From Alphaproteobacteria bacterium (lineage in GTDB: Bacteria > Pseudomonadota > Alphaproteobacteria > Micavibrionales > Micavibrionaceae), in contig JAJFGW010000047.1 in assembly GCA_021775915.1 (NCBI GenBank), forward strand, positions 32,282-96,281: a DNA stretch of 64,000 bases, in the 5' to 3' direction. The notes beneath the pieces were generated by a model. It did not search any database, was not told where the DNA came from, and saw only the letters and a list, made by a program, of their open reading frames with translations. The first letter of the stretch is position 1. Every line of letters begins with the position of its first letter. Below, one piece after another: positions 18,701 to 26,938 of this stretch. The translations under genes and the position numbers were made by a program.

Positions 18701-19342
18701 CTATAGTTGCGGCGCCTTATGGACACAACGAACGGACTTTTCTTTAGGGTTTTTATGGGACCAGCCACCAGAACCATCCGTGAAGTTTTGATTCCATGCG
18801 TGGGCCTTGCTGTCCCACTCTGTACGTGACCGATACCAGTGGCCCCAGTCAACACCGCTTTTTGTTGTTACGAACGTTCCTGCAAAATCGCCTGTATTTC
18901 TGTTCTGATATAAATGGTCAAGCTGGTCTTTTGTTGGCAGTTGCCAATCGTTGTGCCCGTTGGTAACTAAATTTTCACAGTATCGTTTGCCTTCATCCCA
19001 ATCAAGAAGGCGGGGGGCGTCTTTCGGAGCAGCGATAAACCCGTTACCGGCATAAATCGTACCGTTTTCCAATTGGTCGCCCGGCTTGCGTGCGGCTGCT
19101 ATATTATACTTTTCATCTAATGTGATGACTTTCTCTTTAGCGGCGAACTCTGGCTTCGGAGGAATAGCAGGGAGAGAGCGTTGCGGTTCTTCACCTGATG
19201 TAATTTTTTCTTCGATTGGCTCTGGCCCCAGAGACATAGCAAAGAGCATCGCCGCGCCAAATAGAATAGAAGCCTTTACTAAAGGGTGTTTCACACTTAT
19301 TGCCACTTTCTTGCTGTCTTCGCTATTCATTTTTATCTCCAC
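18701..19342 (-). CDS. DUF1566 (Lcl C-terminal-like) domain protein with N-terminal membrane anchor
   Basis: Has an N-terminal hydrophobic segment (ILFGAAMLFAMSL). The C-terminus carries DWQLPTKDQLDHLY and ...SVRCVH, typical of DUF1566. Confidence 0.6.
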   Translation of the reverse strand: MEIKMNSEDSKKVAISVKHPLVKASILFGAAMLFAMSLGPEPIEEKITSGEEPQRSLPAIPPKPEFAAKEKVITLDEKYNIAAARKPGDQLENGTIYAGNGFIAAPKDAPRLLDWDEGKRYCENLVTNGHNDWQLPTKDQLDHLYQNRNTGDFAGTFVTTKSGVDWGHWYRSRTEWDSKAHAWNQNFTDGSGGWSHKNPKEKSVRCVHKAPQL

Positions 19343-19406
19343 GTAGTAGATATTTCATTTCCATAGCATAGGAAGGTAGCAGGGGTTGTAAGTTATGTCA
19401 ATAAAA

Positions 19407-20372
19407 TTACGCGGCGTATTCCAAGTTTTTTTCTGACATCTGGTTTAGCGCTTCTTCAATGGAGCTTTGCTCGCTCAAGGCTCTCCGCCATTTCTTCCCG
19501 CCGGGTTGGCTGTGGAACAGGCCCATCATGTGGCGGGTGATGGACTTAGCCGGTGTGCCGTATTGCCGGTTTTGTTCGGCGATATAAGGGATCATGGCGC
19601 GGGCCACTTCCTCGCGGGGTAGAATGTTCATATTATCAAAGAAGGTGCGTTCTATGTCAGCGAGGATATACGGGTTTTGGTAGGCTTCGCGGCCAATCAT
19701 GACTCCGTTAAAACTATTCAGATATTGTTCAGTATCTTCAATGGTTTTTATGCCTCCATTTACAACAATGTTAAGATCGCTATGTTTCTCTTTGATTTCA
19801 TTGATAATATCGTATCGCAGGGGCGGAATTTCCCGGTTTTCTTTTGGACTAAGTCCGCTCAACCAAGCTTTGCGGGCATGAATGACGAAGTTCTTACATT
19901 TTACTTTAGAAGTCTCTTCTATAAACTTGTTTAAAAAAGAAAAATCGTCACTATTGTCTATCCCTATGCGGCATTTTACCGAGACGGGGATGTGGACTAA
20001 GTCCATCATGGCGCCTATACAATCTGCGACAAGCTCTGGCTCGTTCATCAGGCAGGCACCGAATTTGCCACTTTGTACGCGATCGCTGGGGCAACCGCAA
20101 TTCAGGTTGATGGCGTTATAGCCGTAGTCTTCGCCCATTTTGGCACAACGCGCCAGATCTGCCGGGCCGGAGCCGCCAAGCTGTAGCGTAACGGGCTGCT
20201 CAGTAGGATCAAAGCGCAGGAATCTGTCGCGGTCACCATGGATGAGCGCGCCTGTTGTCACCATTTCGGTGAATAGGTGTACGTGCGGCGCAATCAGACG
20301 GTGGAAATACCGGCAATGCCGGTCTGTCCAGTCCATCATGGGAGCCACGGCTATGTAAGGTTTATTGTTCAT
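19407..20372 (-). CDS. dusA: tRNA-dihydrouridine synthase A
   Basis: APMMDWTDRHCRYFHRL and NLNCGCPSDRV are typical DusA sequences. Confidence 0.9.
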   Translation of the reverse strand: MNNKPYIAVAPMMDWTDRHCRYFHRLIAPHVHLFTEMVTTGALIHGDRDRFLRFDPTEQPVTLQLGGSGPADLARCAKMGEDYGYNAINLNCGCPSDRVQSGKFGACLMNEPELVADCIGAMMDLVHIPVSVKCRIGIDNSDDFSFLNKFIEETSKVKCKNFVIHARKAWLSGLSPKENREIPPLRYDIINEIKEKHSDLNIVVNGGIKTIEDTEQYLNSFNGVMIGREAYQNPYILADIERTFFDNMNILPREEVARAMIPYIAEQNRQYGTPAKSITRHMMGLFHSQPGGKKWRRALSEQSSIEEALNQMSEKNLEYAA

Positions 20373-20584
20373 TTGCGGGATTATGTCTCTTTTACAGTTT
20401 GTTTGTCACTTTTTTATTTTTTACTACGAACGGGATGAAGGTGTATTTACGGAGCTTACAGACCACAATAGGAAAATAATCCTTATTTGTCAAGGGTTAT
20501 TTTAAAAGCTGTGGCTAAGATTGCTTTGGCTCTTGCGGCTATGGGGCTTTATTCGCATAAGAAAGGGCGCTATAATAGTTTCCA

Positions 20585-21130
20585 TTGGGGAAAATGAAAA
20601 CACGGATTTTTAAAATATTGGTTTTGCTGCTTTGTCTGGGTTTGTTTAGTCCGGCAGCTTTGCATGCGGAGGAGCCGCCAGAAGCCCCTGTTGTTGAAGG
20701 GTTTCGTTCCGACGAACGGCCTTTGCCGCGTTTTGTTTCTCTGCGGTCGAACAAGGTTTATGTCCGGGCAGGCCCGGCATTGCGCTATCCTATAAAGTGG
20801 GTTTATAAGCGCGAAGGTATGCCGGTAGAGATTGTTCAGGAATTTGAAAACTGGCGCAAAGTAAAAGGGTTCGACAATGAAGATGGCTGGATTCATCAGT
20901 CTCTTTTGTCCGGAGAAAGAACTGTCCTTATAAAAGAGGCTGAAGACCTGGTTCCTATGCGGGAAGGTTTTAGTCAGGATGCCCGTATGGTGGCCCGGCT
21001 GGAGTCGCAAGTTGTAGCGGGGATTGATAAATGCGCCGGTCAATGGTGCCGTATTGAAGCAGGGGGCTATCGCGGCTGGGTCGAAAGAAATTTTCTATGG
21101 GGCATTTACGAAGACGAAAATTTGAATTAG
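20585..21130 (+). CDS. SH3-like (DUF1058) domain protein, secreted
   Basis: Has a signal peptide (ILVLLLCLGLFSPAALHA) and the LPRFVSLRSNKVYVRAGP...YPIKWVY pattern of alphaproteobacterial DUF1058. Confidence 0.65.
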   Translation: MGKMKTRIFKILVLLLCLGLFSPAALHAEEPPEAPVVEGFRSDERPLPRFVSLRSNKVYVRAGPALRYPIKWVYKREGMPVEIVQEFENWRKVKGFDNEDGWIHQSLLSGERTVLIKEAEDLVPMREGFSQDARMVARLESQVVAGIDKCAGQWCRIEAGGYRGWVERNFLWGIYEDENLN

Positions 21131-21157
21131 TCTAATCAATAAGGGTGGTTATGCTGC

Positions 21158-21190
21158 CTTTCCACACATCTATCCACATACTTATACACT
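21158..21190 (+). promoter_or_regulatory. three DnaA-box-like 9-mers (CTTTCCACA, CTATCCACA, TTATACACT)
   Basis: They match TTATCCACA at 7/9, 8/9 and 7/9 positions. All are on the same strand at 12-nt spacing, 39-71 nt upstream of the 21229 ATG. Confidence 0.35.
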
Positions 21191-21204
21191 TCTCTCTCTC
21201 TCTC
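21191..21204. repeat. (TC)7 dinucleotide repeat
   Basis: Read directly. It lies immediately 3' of the box-like cluster and 25 nt before the ATG at 21229. Confidence 0.9.
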
Positions 21205-21228
21205 TTAACCAATCAACAGTAATAAATT

Positions 21229-22197
21229 ATGTCACTTCTCGTCGATAAGGCCGATTTTGCGGTCCATATATATCATCATCTTATGTCTCACGCTGCTTTG
21301 GCAGAGGAGGAGATTGATGGTATGAAGCTTATTCAGCTTCTTGCCGGTATTGTGACGGAAACTCTTTTGCTGTTTGATAACCCCGATGATGCGCTTGAGG
21401 CAACATATGACCAGCTTGCTGGTCTTTTGAAATGTGAGCCGCGTGTTGGCCCTGTTGCGGTGCAGTCTTTGCCGCCGTCCTATGTAATAGATTACGAAAC
21501 AGAGCAGGGGCGCTCTATTGCCAAATGTTTGTTTGAAGACTGGCTGGATTGCGCCCATGAATTTCATGAGCTTCTTCTCTTTGTGACGCAAAATATTATA
21601 GTGCGTCTGGAAGAGGCCGGTCAGCCGCGATCTGAAGTTTTTCGTCTGTTTATAGAATGTACAAATCGTTGTCTGGGTTATGAGATAGCGGCGCAGGAAT
21701 TATGCGATATCGTTATTGATCAGAAAATTGGTTCTGAATCCTGGAGTTTGCCCGAAGGAATTAGTGGTTTAAGCGCTATTGCAGGGCGTGCTCTGGCTTT
21801 ATCACAGAATGCTTGCGAGGTTTTTGCCGTCCCTTCATTGCCCGACAATTTGGACCAGGTTGCTTATGTGATGACGCAAGAGGCTGTCAGGCTCGGAATT
21901 CCGGCAGGTACAGACTGGCGATTTGGGCTTGCGGCGAATGATTGTGCCGTTAGCGCGCCTTATGAGCTGATTAATAGTCTTGATCCGTGTTGCCGGGAAT
22001 TTTTTGATGCCATGGGGCTGCATAACCTTATGGACCAATCTGTGGCCTGCGCCAAAGCTGCTGGCCGGATGTTGGCTGTGGCCGCGGGCGGCGAGATTCC
22101 TGAGATTGAGCCGGTTATTGCCAAGCCGCTGGCTATGGCGGCAATGACCGACACTTATAAATCTGTTTGCACGCAGGAGGCAATCCTCTCTTGCTAG
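21229..22197 (+). CDS. hypothetical Cys-rich cytoplasmic protein (322 aa)
   Basis: A long ORF with no recognisable domain and many Cys residues. It is followed by its own hairpin plus T-run. Confidence 0.55.
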   Translation: MSLLVDKADFAVHIYHHLMSHAALAEEEIDGMKLIQLLAGIVTETLLLFDNPDDALEATYDQLAGLLKCEPRVGPVAVQSLPPSYVIDYETEQGRSIAKCLFEDWLDCAHEFHELLLFVTQNIIVRLEEAGQPRSEVFRLFIECTNRCLGYEIAAQELCDIVIDQKIGSESWSLPEGISGLSAIAGRALALSQNACEVFAVPSLPDNLDQVAYVMTQEAVRLGIPAGTDWRFGLAANDCAVSAPYELINSLDPCCREFFDAMGLHNLMDQSVACAKAAGRMLAVAAGGEIPEIEPVIAKPLAMAAMTDTYKSVCTQEAILSC

Positions 22198-22204
22198 CTT
22201 TTTT
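22173..22204 (+). terminator. putative intrinsic terminator
   Basis: The stem GCAGGAGG / TCTCTTGC (7-8 bp including G-U pairs, 6-nt loop) is followed by TAGCTTTTTT and overlaps the stop codon. Confidence 0.4.
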
Positions 22205-22229
22205 ATAAAGGCGTATAAACGGGAGGATT

Positions 22230-22787
22230 ATGACGACACAACAAAAAATGGCTAATATTATGAAAGAGAAGTTCGAGCAAAAGTCGAGTTATTGCTATGA
22301 CGAGCTAATTACTTTTGCGCATTCTAATTTTGAGGGGCAAGGTGATTCCAGATTGCCTTTGCCTCCTATGCTGATGTTTGATCGTATTTTGAACATCTCA
22401 GAAGAGGGTGGTGCCTATGGTAAGGGCATTGTAGAGGCTGAACTGGAAATTAAGCCGGAACTCTGGTTTTTTCAGTGCCATTTTGAAAATGACCCGGTTA
22501 TGCCGGGCTGTTTGGGGTTGGATGCTATGTGGCAGCTTCTCGGATTTTTTCTGGGTTGGAGCGGTGCGCCAGGTACGGGGCGCGCTCTTGGCCTCGGCGG
22601 GTTGAAGTTAACCGGACAGGTTCAGCCGGATGCCAAGCTGGTTAAGTACGTGGTTGATATAAAACGCGTGATTAACCGTAAGCTGGTTCTGGGTGTCGGT
22701 GATGCCAAAATGATTCTCAATGATGAGGTTATTTACGAGGCAACCGATCTGAAGGTCGGGTTGTTTGATAACCCTCAAGCAATGTAA
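22230..22787 (+). CDS. fabA: 3-hydroxydecanoyl-ACP dehydratase/isomerase
   Basis: Has the active-site context [24 protein letters not shown]. Confidence 0.9.
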   Translation: MTTQQKMANIMKEKFEQKSSYCYDELITFAHSNFEGQGDSRLPLPPMLMFDRILNISEEGGAYGKGIVEAELEIKPELWFFQCHFENDPVMPGCLGLDAMWQLLGFFLGWSGAPGTGRALGLGGLKLTGQVQPDAKLVKYVVDIKRVINRKLVLGVGDAKMILNDEVIYEATDLKVGLFDNPQAM

Positions 22788-22879
22788 ACGGTGTTTGTTT
22801 AACACAACATATTGTCTTGATGAGAAGATATGCTACATATTTCATTTATGGGTAACGTGTAAGGGTGAGTAAATAATCT

Positions 22880-24118
22880 ATGACACAAAATTTACGCAGA
22901 GTTGTTGTGACTGGTATGGGGATTGTCTCCTGCATTGGAAATAGCGCGGAGGACGTTCTGGAGTCTTTGAAAGCGGGAAAGTCAGGCATTACTTTTTCTT
23001 CTGAGCAGGCAGAAATGGGCTTCCGTAGCCATGTCTATGGTAAGCCAGAAATTGACCTGGACGAGCTTATTGATCGCAAAATAAAAAGATTCATGGGTGA
23101 TAGCGCGGCTTATAACCATATTGCCATGGAGCGGGCTTTGGCCGATTGTGGTCTGGAGAGAGACGAGATCAGCAATGAGCGCGTAGGCATTATTATGGGT
23201 TCAGGCGGATCGTCCACGCGCACGATTGTCGAATCTGCTGATATTACCCGCGAGAAAGGCCCGAAGCGCATTGGGCCATATGCTGTACCAAAAAGCATGG
23301 CCAGTACCAATTCGGCCACGATAGCCACAAACTTTAAAATCAAGGGCATCAATTATTCGATTTCCTCGGCCTGCGCAACGTCTGCGCATTGTATTGGTAA
23401 TGCGGCTGAAATGATTCAGTGGGGCAAGCAGGATGTGATGTTTGCCGGCGGGGCAGAGGAGCTGGACTGGAGCCTGTCTAATTTGTTTGATGCTATGGGC
23501 GCCCTGTCTTCCAAATATAATGATACGCCGGAGCTTGCTTCCCGCGCTTATGATGCGGCCCGTGACGGTTTTGTCATTGCCGGTGGTGGTGGTGTTTTGG
23601 CTCTGGAGGAGCTTGAACATGCCAAAGCGCGCGGCGCGAAAATTTATGCGGAGCTGACCGGTTATGGCGCAACATCTGATGGTGACAACATAGTCGCGCC
23701 GAGCGGCGAGGGGGCTATGCGTTGTATGAAGCAGGCGATGGCCACAGTTAAAACGCCTGTGAGCTATATAAATCCGCACGGCACCAGCACGCCTGTTGGC
23801 GATGTGGCTGAACTTGACGCTATTCGCGAGGTCTTTGACAAGGCGGAGCAGGACGCACCCTATATCAGCGCAACGAAGTCTATGACGGGGCATTCGCTTG
23901 GCGGCACCGGCGTGCAGGAGGCAATTTATAGTCTCTTGATGATGAAAGAGCGCTTTATCGCGCCGAGCATTAATATCGAAAATTTAGATGAACGGGCCGG
24001 TAACCTTCTTGTGGCGCGGGAACGAATAGACAATGTGGATCACCAAACAATCCTTTCAAATAGTTTTGGTTTTGGCGGCACGAATTGCACGCTGGCCTTT
24101 TCAGGGTTTGAGGAGTAG
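22880..24118 (+). CDS. fabB: beta-ketoacyl-ACP synthase I
   Basis: Has the active-site Cys [12 protein letters not shown] and the His motifs HGTSTPVGD and GHSLGGTG. It sits directly after fabA. Confidence 0.85.
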   Translation: MTQNLRRVVVTGMGIVSCIGNSAEDVLESLKAGKSGITFSSEQAEMGFRSHVYGKPEIDLDELIDRKIKRFMGDSAAYNHIAMERALADCGLERDEISNERVGIIMGSGGSSTRTIVESADITREKGPKRIGPYAVPKSMASTNSATIATNFKIKGINYSISSACATSAHCIGNAAEMIQWGKQDVMFAGGAEELDWSLSNLFDAMGALSSKYNDTPELASRAYDAARDGFVIAGGGGVLALEELEHAKARGAKIYAELTGYGATSDGDNIVAPSGEGAMRCMKQAMATVKTPVSYINPHGTSTPVGDVAELDAIREVFDKAEQDAPYISATKSMTGHSLGGTGVQEAIYSLLMMKERFIAPSINIENLDERAGNLLVARERIDNVDHQTILSNSFGFGGTNCTLAFSGFEE

Positions 24119-24126
24119 GAGAGAAA

Positions 24127-24951
24127 ATGACATCCTCGGATATTATGAAGGGCAAGCGCGGGCTTATTATGGGGGTGGCCAATGAGCGCTCTATTGCCTG
24201 GGGTATTGCAAAAACACTGAGCGATCATGGCGCGGAGCTCGCTTTTACCTATCAGGGTGATGCGTTTCAAAAGCGGGTTGAGCCGCTGGCCGAGGGTATT
24301 GGCAGCAAGCTCATGGTTTCCTGTGATGTGGCGGATGAGGCCGACCTTGATAATGCTTTTGATGTGCTTGGTAAGGAATGGGGCGAGCTGGATTTTCTGG
24401 TTCATGCGATTGCCTATTCGGACAAGGAAGAGCTTAAAGGCCGCTATGTTGATACCAGCCTCGATAACTTTCTCAATACCATGCATATTTCCTGTTATTC
24501 CTTTACCTCTGTGATGCGCCGGGCGGCACCTCTGATGAAAAATGGTGGTTCGGCTGTGACTTTGTCTTATTATGGCGCAGAAAAAGCCATGCCTAATTAT
24601 AACGTTATGGGTGTGGCTAAAGCGGCACTGGAAGCTTCTGTGCGTTATATGGCCGTTGATTTGGGGCCGGACAATGTGCGCGTTAATGCCATTTCCGCCG
24701 GGCCGATGAAAACACTGGCCGGCTCTGCTATCGGTAGTGCGCGCCAGACATTTAAGTATAACGTAGCGACCGCGCCGTTGCGTCGTGGTGTAGAGCTTGA
24801 AGAGCTAGGAGGCACGGGGTTGTATCTACTTTCCGATCTTGGCGGCGCTGTCACCGGCGAAGTTCATTACGTTGATGGCGGCTTTAACGCTGTTGGTATG
24901 CCAACCTGGGATTCTCTGAAAGGGTTGATGGCCAATGGGAATGGGAAATAG
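24127..24951 (+). CDS. fabI: enoyl-ACP reductase (NADH)
   Basis: MKGKRGLIMGVANERSIAWGIA, SYYGAEKAMPNYNVMGVAKAALE and the Y/K catalytic context are FabI-like. Confidence 0.9.
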   Translation: MTSSDIMKGKRGLIMGVANERSIAWGIAKTLSDHGAELAFTYQGDAFQKRVEPLAEGIGSKLMVSCDVADEADLDNAFDVLGKEWGELDFLVHAIAYSDKEELKGRYVDTSLDNFLNTMHISCYSFTSVMRRAAPLMKNGGSAVTLSYYGAEKAMPNYNVMGVAKAALEASVRYMAVDLGPDNVRVNAISAGPMKTLAGSAIGSARQTFKYNVATAPLRRGVELEELGGTGLYLLSDLGGAVTGEVHYVDGGFNAVGMPTWDSLKGLMANGNGK

Positions 24952-25015
24952 TTTCTTGACGCCGACTATTATTTTGTCATATGTTCCTTGAGCAAAAAAA
25001 CAAAGGAATGAACTG

Positions 25016-25192
25016 ATGGATAACAACAAAAAAGATTCTCTCTCTGATGCTTACAAACCAACCTCTGATGCCGAAAAAAGCAGTGCCTTGGAGAAAATGG
25101 TGGAGAATGCATCTGTGACAAAAGATGCAAAGCGTGGGGCTGTTTCTTCTTCTGAGCGCCCTGTAAGCAGCTATCCTTTTTATTATAAGTAG
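25016..25192 (+). CDS. possible small protein (58 aa), below the ORF-track cutoff
   Basis: I translated it by hand (MDNNKKDSLSDAYKPTSDAEKSSALEKMVENASVTKDAKRGAVSSSERPVSSYPFYYK). AGGA lies 8 nt upstream, and it is followed by the terminator at 25216. Confidence 0.3.
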   Translation: MDNNKKDSLSDAYKPTSDAEKSSALEKMVENASVTKDAKRGAVSSSERPVSSYPFYYK

Positions 25193-25215
25193 GTTTTTTA
25201 AAACCGCTTTCTGAG

Positions 25216-25247
25216 AATGCCCTGTTTTTAGCAGGGCATTTGTTTTG
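25216..25247 (+). terminator. intrinsic terminator after the fabI/small ORF
   Basis: A 9-bp stem AATGCCCTG / CAGGGCATT with a 7-nt loop is followed by TGTTTTG. It overlaps the 3' end of the convergent gene. Confidence 0.6.
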
Positions 25248-26097
25248 TGGAGCGGAGGTTTTTCATCGCTTCGGGATAATTTGTAATCACGGCATATATT
25301 TGGTCTTCTAACTCATCCAGCTTTTGTTGTAGCACGTCATTTTCTTTGGGCGGAGGTTCACGATAGCTGTACCAGAGGATGATCTTTGCTTTAAGGTATG
25401 TTTCTTGAATAAGCGCTATGTTTTCTTTTGTCGTATCATCGTTCTCTATACTGAAGAAATCAGGCTGTATGGTTTGAACAAGAGGGTTCTTTATAATTTC
25501 TTGGCCAAAAATATGGTAGATGGAATTCTTGTTGTCACTCCATGGATATATAGGCGCAGAAATACGATCTGATGGTTCAGTCAGAATGCCAATTTTATAG
25601 TCGCTGTCGGCTTCTCTTACTTTGAGTAATTCAGGGTGGTTAAAGGACGTGAATATAATCTGCTCTTTTATAATTTTTCCTGAATTAATATAAGGCTCCA
25701 GAGTCTTGAGTGTAGGCAAAGCTGTCATATCACCTTTAAGTTCTAGATTAAGGATAAAGTCCGGGCGGTTTGAGGTTAGGTTAAGTAGCTCTTCTAACGT
25801 TGGAATGGGCTCGTTAGTTACAGTTTGAAGAGCTTTGACTTCCTGATTGCTCATTTGGTCTATACGTTTTGCGCCGGTGGCCCTGCGTGAATCTTTATTA
25901 AGGTGCGTATAAAGAAAATACTCGGCTCTGTCATAGTGGAACATGTTGTCATGGATAAGAAACAGGCCGCCTTCAGCACTTATAACAATATCTGTTTCCA
26001 GTCCGTCAGCATATTTTAAAGCATGCTCTATGGCTGAAATCGTGTTCTGGTAATGTCCTTCAGCCAGACTGGCTCTGTGACCTAAAACTTTTATCAT
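25228..26097 (-). CDS. glycerophosphodiester phosphodiesterase family protein (divergent paralog)
   Basis: Has the GDPD N-terminal motifs LGHRA...NTISAIEHAL..ADGLETDIV....GGLFLIHDN. Confidence 0.65.
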   Translation of the reverse strand: MIKVLGHRASLAEGHYQNTISAIEHALKYADGLETDIVISAEGGLFLIHDNMFHYDRAEYFLYTHLNKDSRRATGAKRIDQMSNQEVKALQTVTNEPIPTLEELLNLTSNRPDFILNLELKGDMTALPTLKTLEPYINSGKIIKEQIIFTSFNHPELLKVREADSDYKIGILTEPSDRISAPIYPWSDNKNSIYHIFGQEIIKNPLVQTIQPDFFSIENDDTTKENIALIQETYLKAKIILWYSYREPPPKENDVLQQKLDELEDQIYAVITNYPEAMKNLRSTKQMPC

Positions 26098-26119
26098 GGC
26101 CTTTGTACCTTAAAACGGG

Positions 26120-26866
26120 TCAGTGCACAGTTAGAATGGTTTCTTTAATAACATCCGGGACATCGGTAGAAATGGCATCAACGCCCCAGCTATAGAGTTG
26201 CCGCGCTCTTTGTGAATCGCTCACTTTACGAGCAAGGACAGCATATTCCATATCGGAAATACTCTCAATAGCTTCTCTGGTACATGTGTTGCCGTCAATA
26301 GAAACGATAGAGAGGTCGAGATAGTCAGCCATATCTTTCCAGTTTTCCGGCATTTCACCTTCAATCAGTAATCCACGATACCAGCCTCCGGCCATGTCTT
26401 GGGCTGTCTCTAAGCTGACATGAGAAAAGCTGGAGATAATGAGCCGTTCATGGTCGTCCCAGATGCGGGAGAGGTGATCGAGCGCGACTTCGGCGGTTTC
26501 TTTTTCACGACCGGGGCAGGGCTTGATCTCTAAATTAAGACCAAGATTGAGATCAACAAGCACTTCGCACATTTCTTCCAGCGTCGGAATTTTGACGCCG
26601 GCAAAGCTGTCGGCGTACCAGCTTCCGGCTTCAAGTTGCTGTATGTCTTCATAAAGGGTTTCAGCAACAAGGCCGGAGCCGTTGGTTGTGCGCTCTAACG
26701 TGTCATCATGGAAGATAATCGGAATATCATCTTTGGTCAGTTTGACATCGAGCTCGACCCACTCCACATCCATATCAGCCGCCGTTTGAACGGACTCGAT
26801 AGTGTTTTCGGGAGCATAACCGCACGCGCCGCGATGACCGATAATTTTGGGGAGTTTTATAGTCAT
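26120..26866 (-). CDS. ugpQ: glycerophosphodiester phosphodiesterase
   Basis: IIGHRGACGYAPENT...VELDVKLTKDDIPIIFHDDTLERTTNG is the canonical GDPD signature. Confidence 0.8.
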   Translation of the reverse strand: MTIKLPKIIGHRGACGYAPENTIESVQTAADMDVEWVELDVKLTKDDIPIIFHDDTLERTTNGSGLVAETLYEDIQQLEAGSWYADSFAGVKIPTLEEMCEVLVDLNLGLNLEIKPCPGREKETAEVALDHLSRIWDDHERLIISSFSHVSLETAQDMAGGWYRGLLIEGEMPENWKDMADYLDLSIVSIDGNTCTREAIESISDMEYAVLARKVSDSQRARQLYSWGVDAISTDVPDVIKETILTVH

Positions 26867-26883
26867 TTTTTTACCGCTAAGGG

Positions 26884-26930
26884 CACTAAGACCACTAAGG
26901 AACCTATTGCTGTCCCTAGTGATCTTAGTG
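26884..26930. repeat. 17-nt imperfect inverted repeat (15/17 pairs) between the pnp stop and the ugpQ start
   Basis: CACTAAGACCACTAAGG ... CCCTAGTGATCTTAGTG with a 13-nt loop. Each arm itself contains a tandem CACTA(A)G. No T-run follows on either strand. Confidence 0.7.
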
Positions 26931-26938
26931 GTTAACTC

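Noticed and set aside
19407-20584. dusA-associated integrative element
   Set aside because: dusA is intact from start to stop. No integrase or foreign genes flank it, and the neighbours are ordinary alphaproteobacterial genes.
23201-23893. 230-aa antisense ORF inside fabB. There are similar ones inside pnp (27122-28504), infB (33164-34179), the spermidine-synthase-like gene (10737-11300), the ankyrin gene (5734-6252) and the symporter (48377-48895).
   Set aside because: Each lies opposite a gene with unambiguous conserved motifs. None has a recognisable domain or Shine-Dalgarno sequence.
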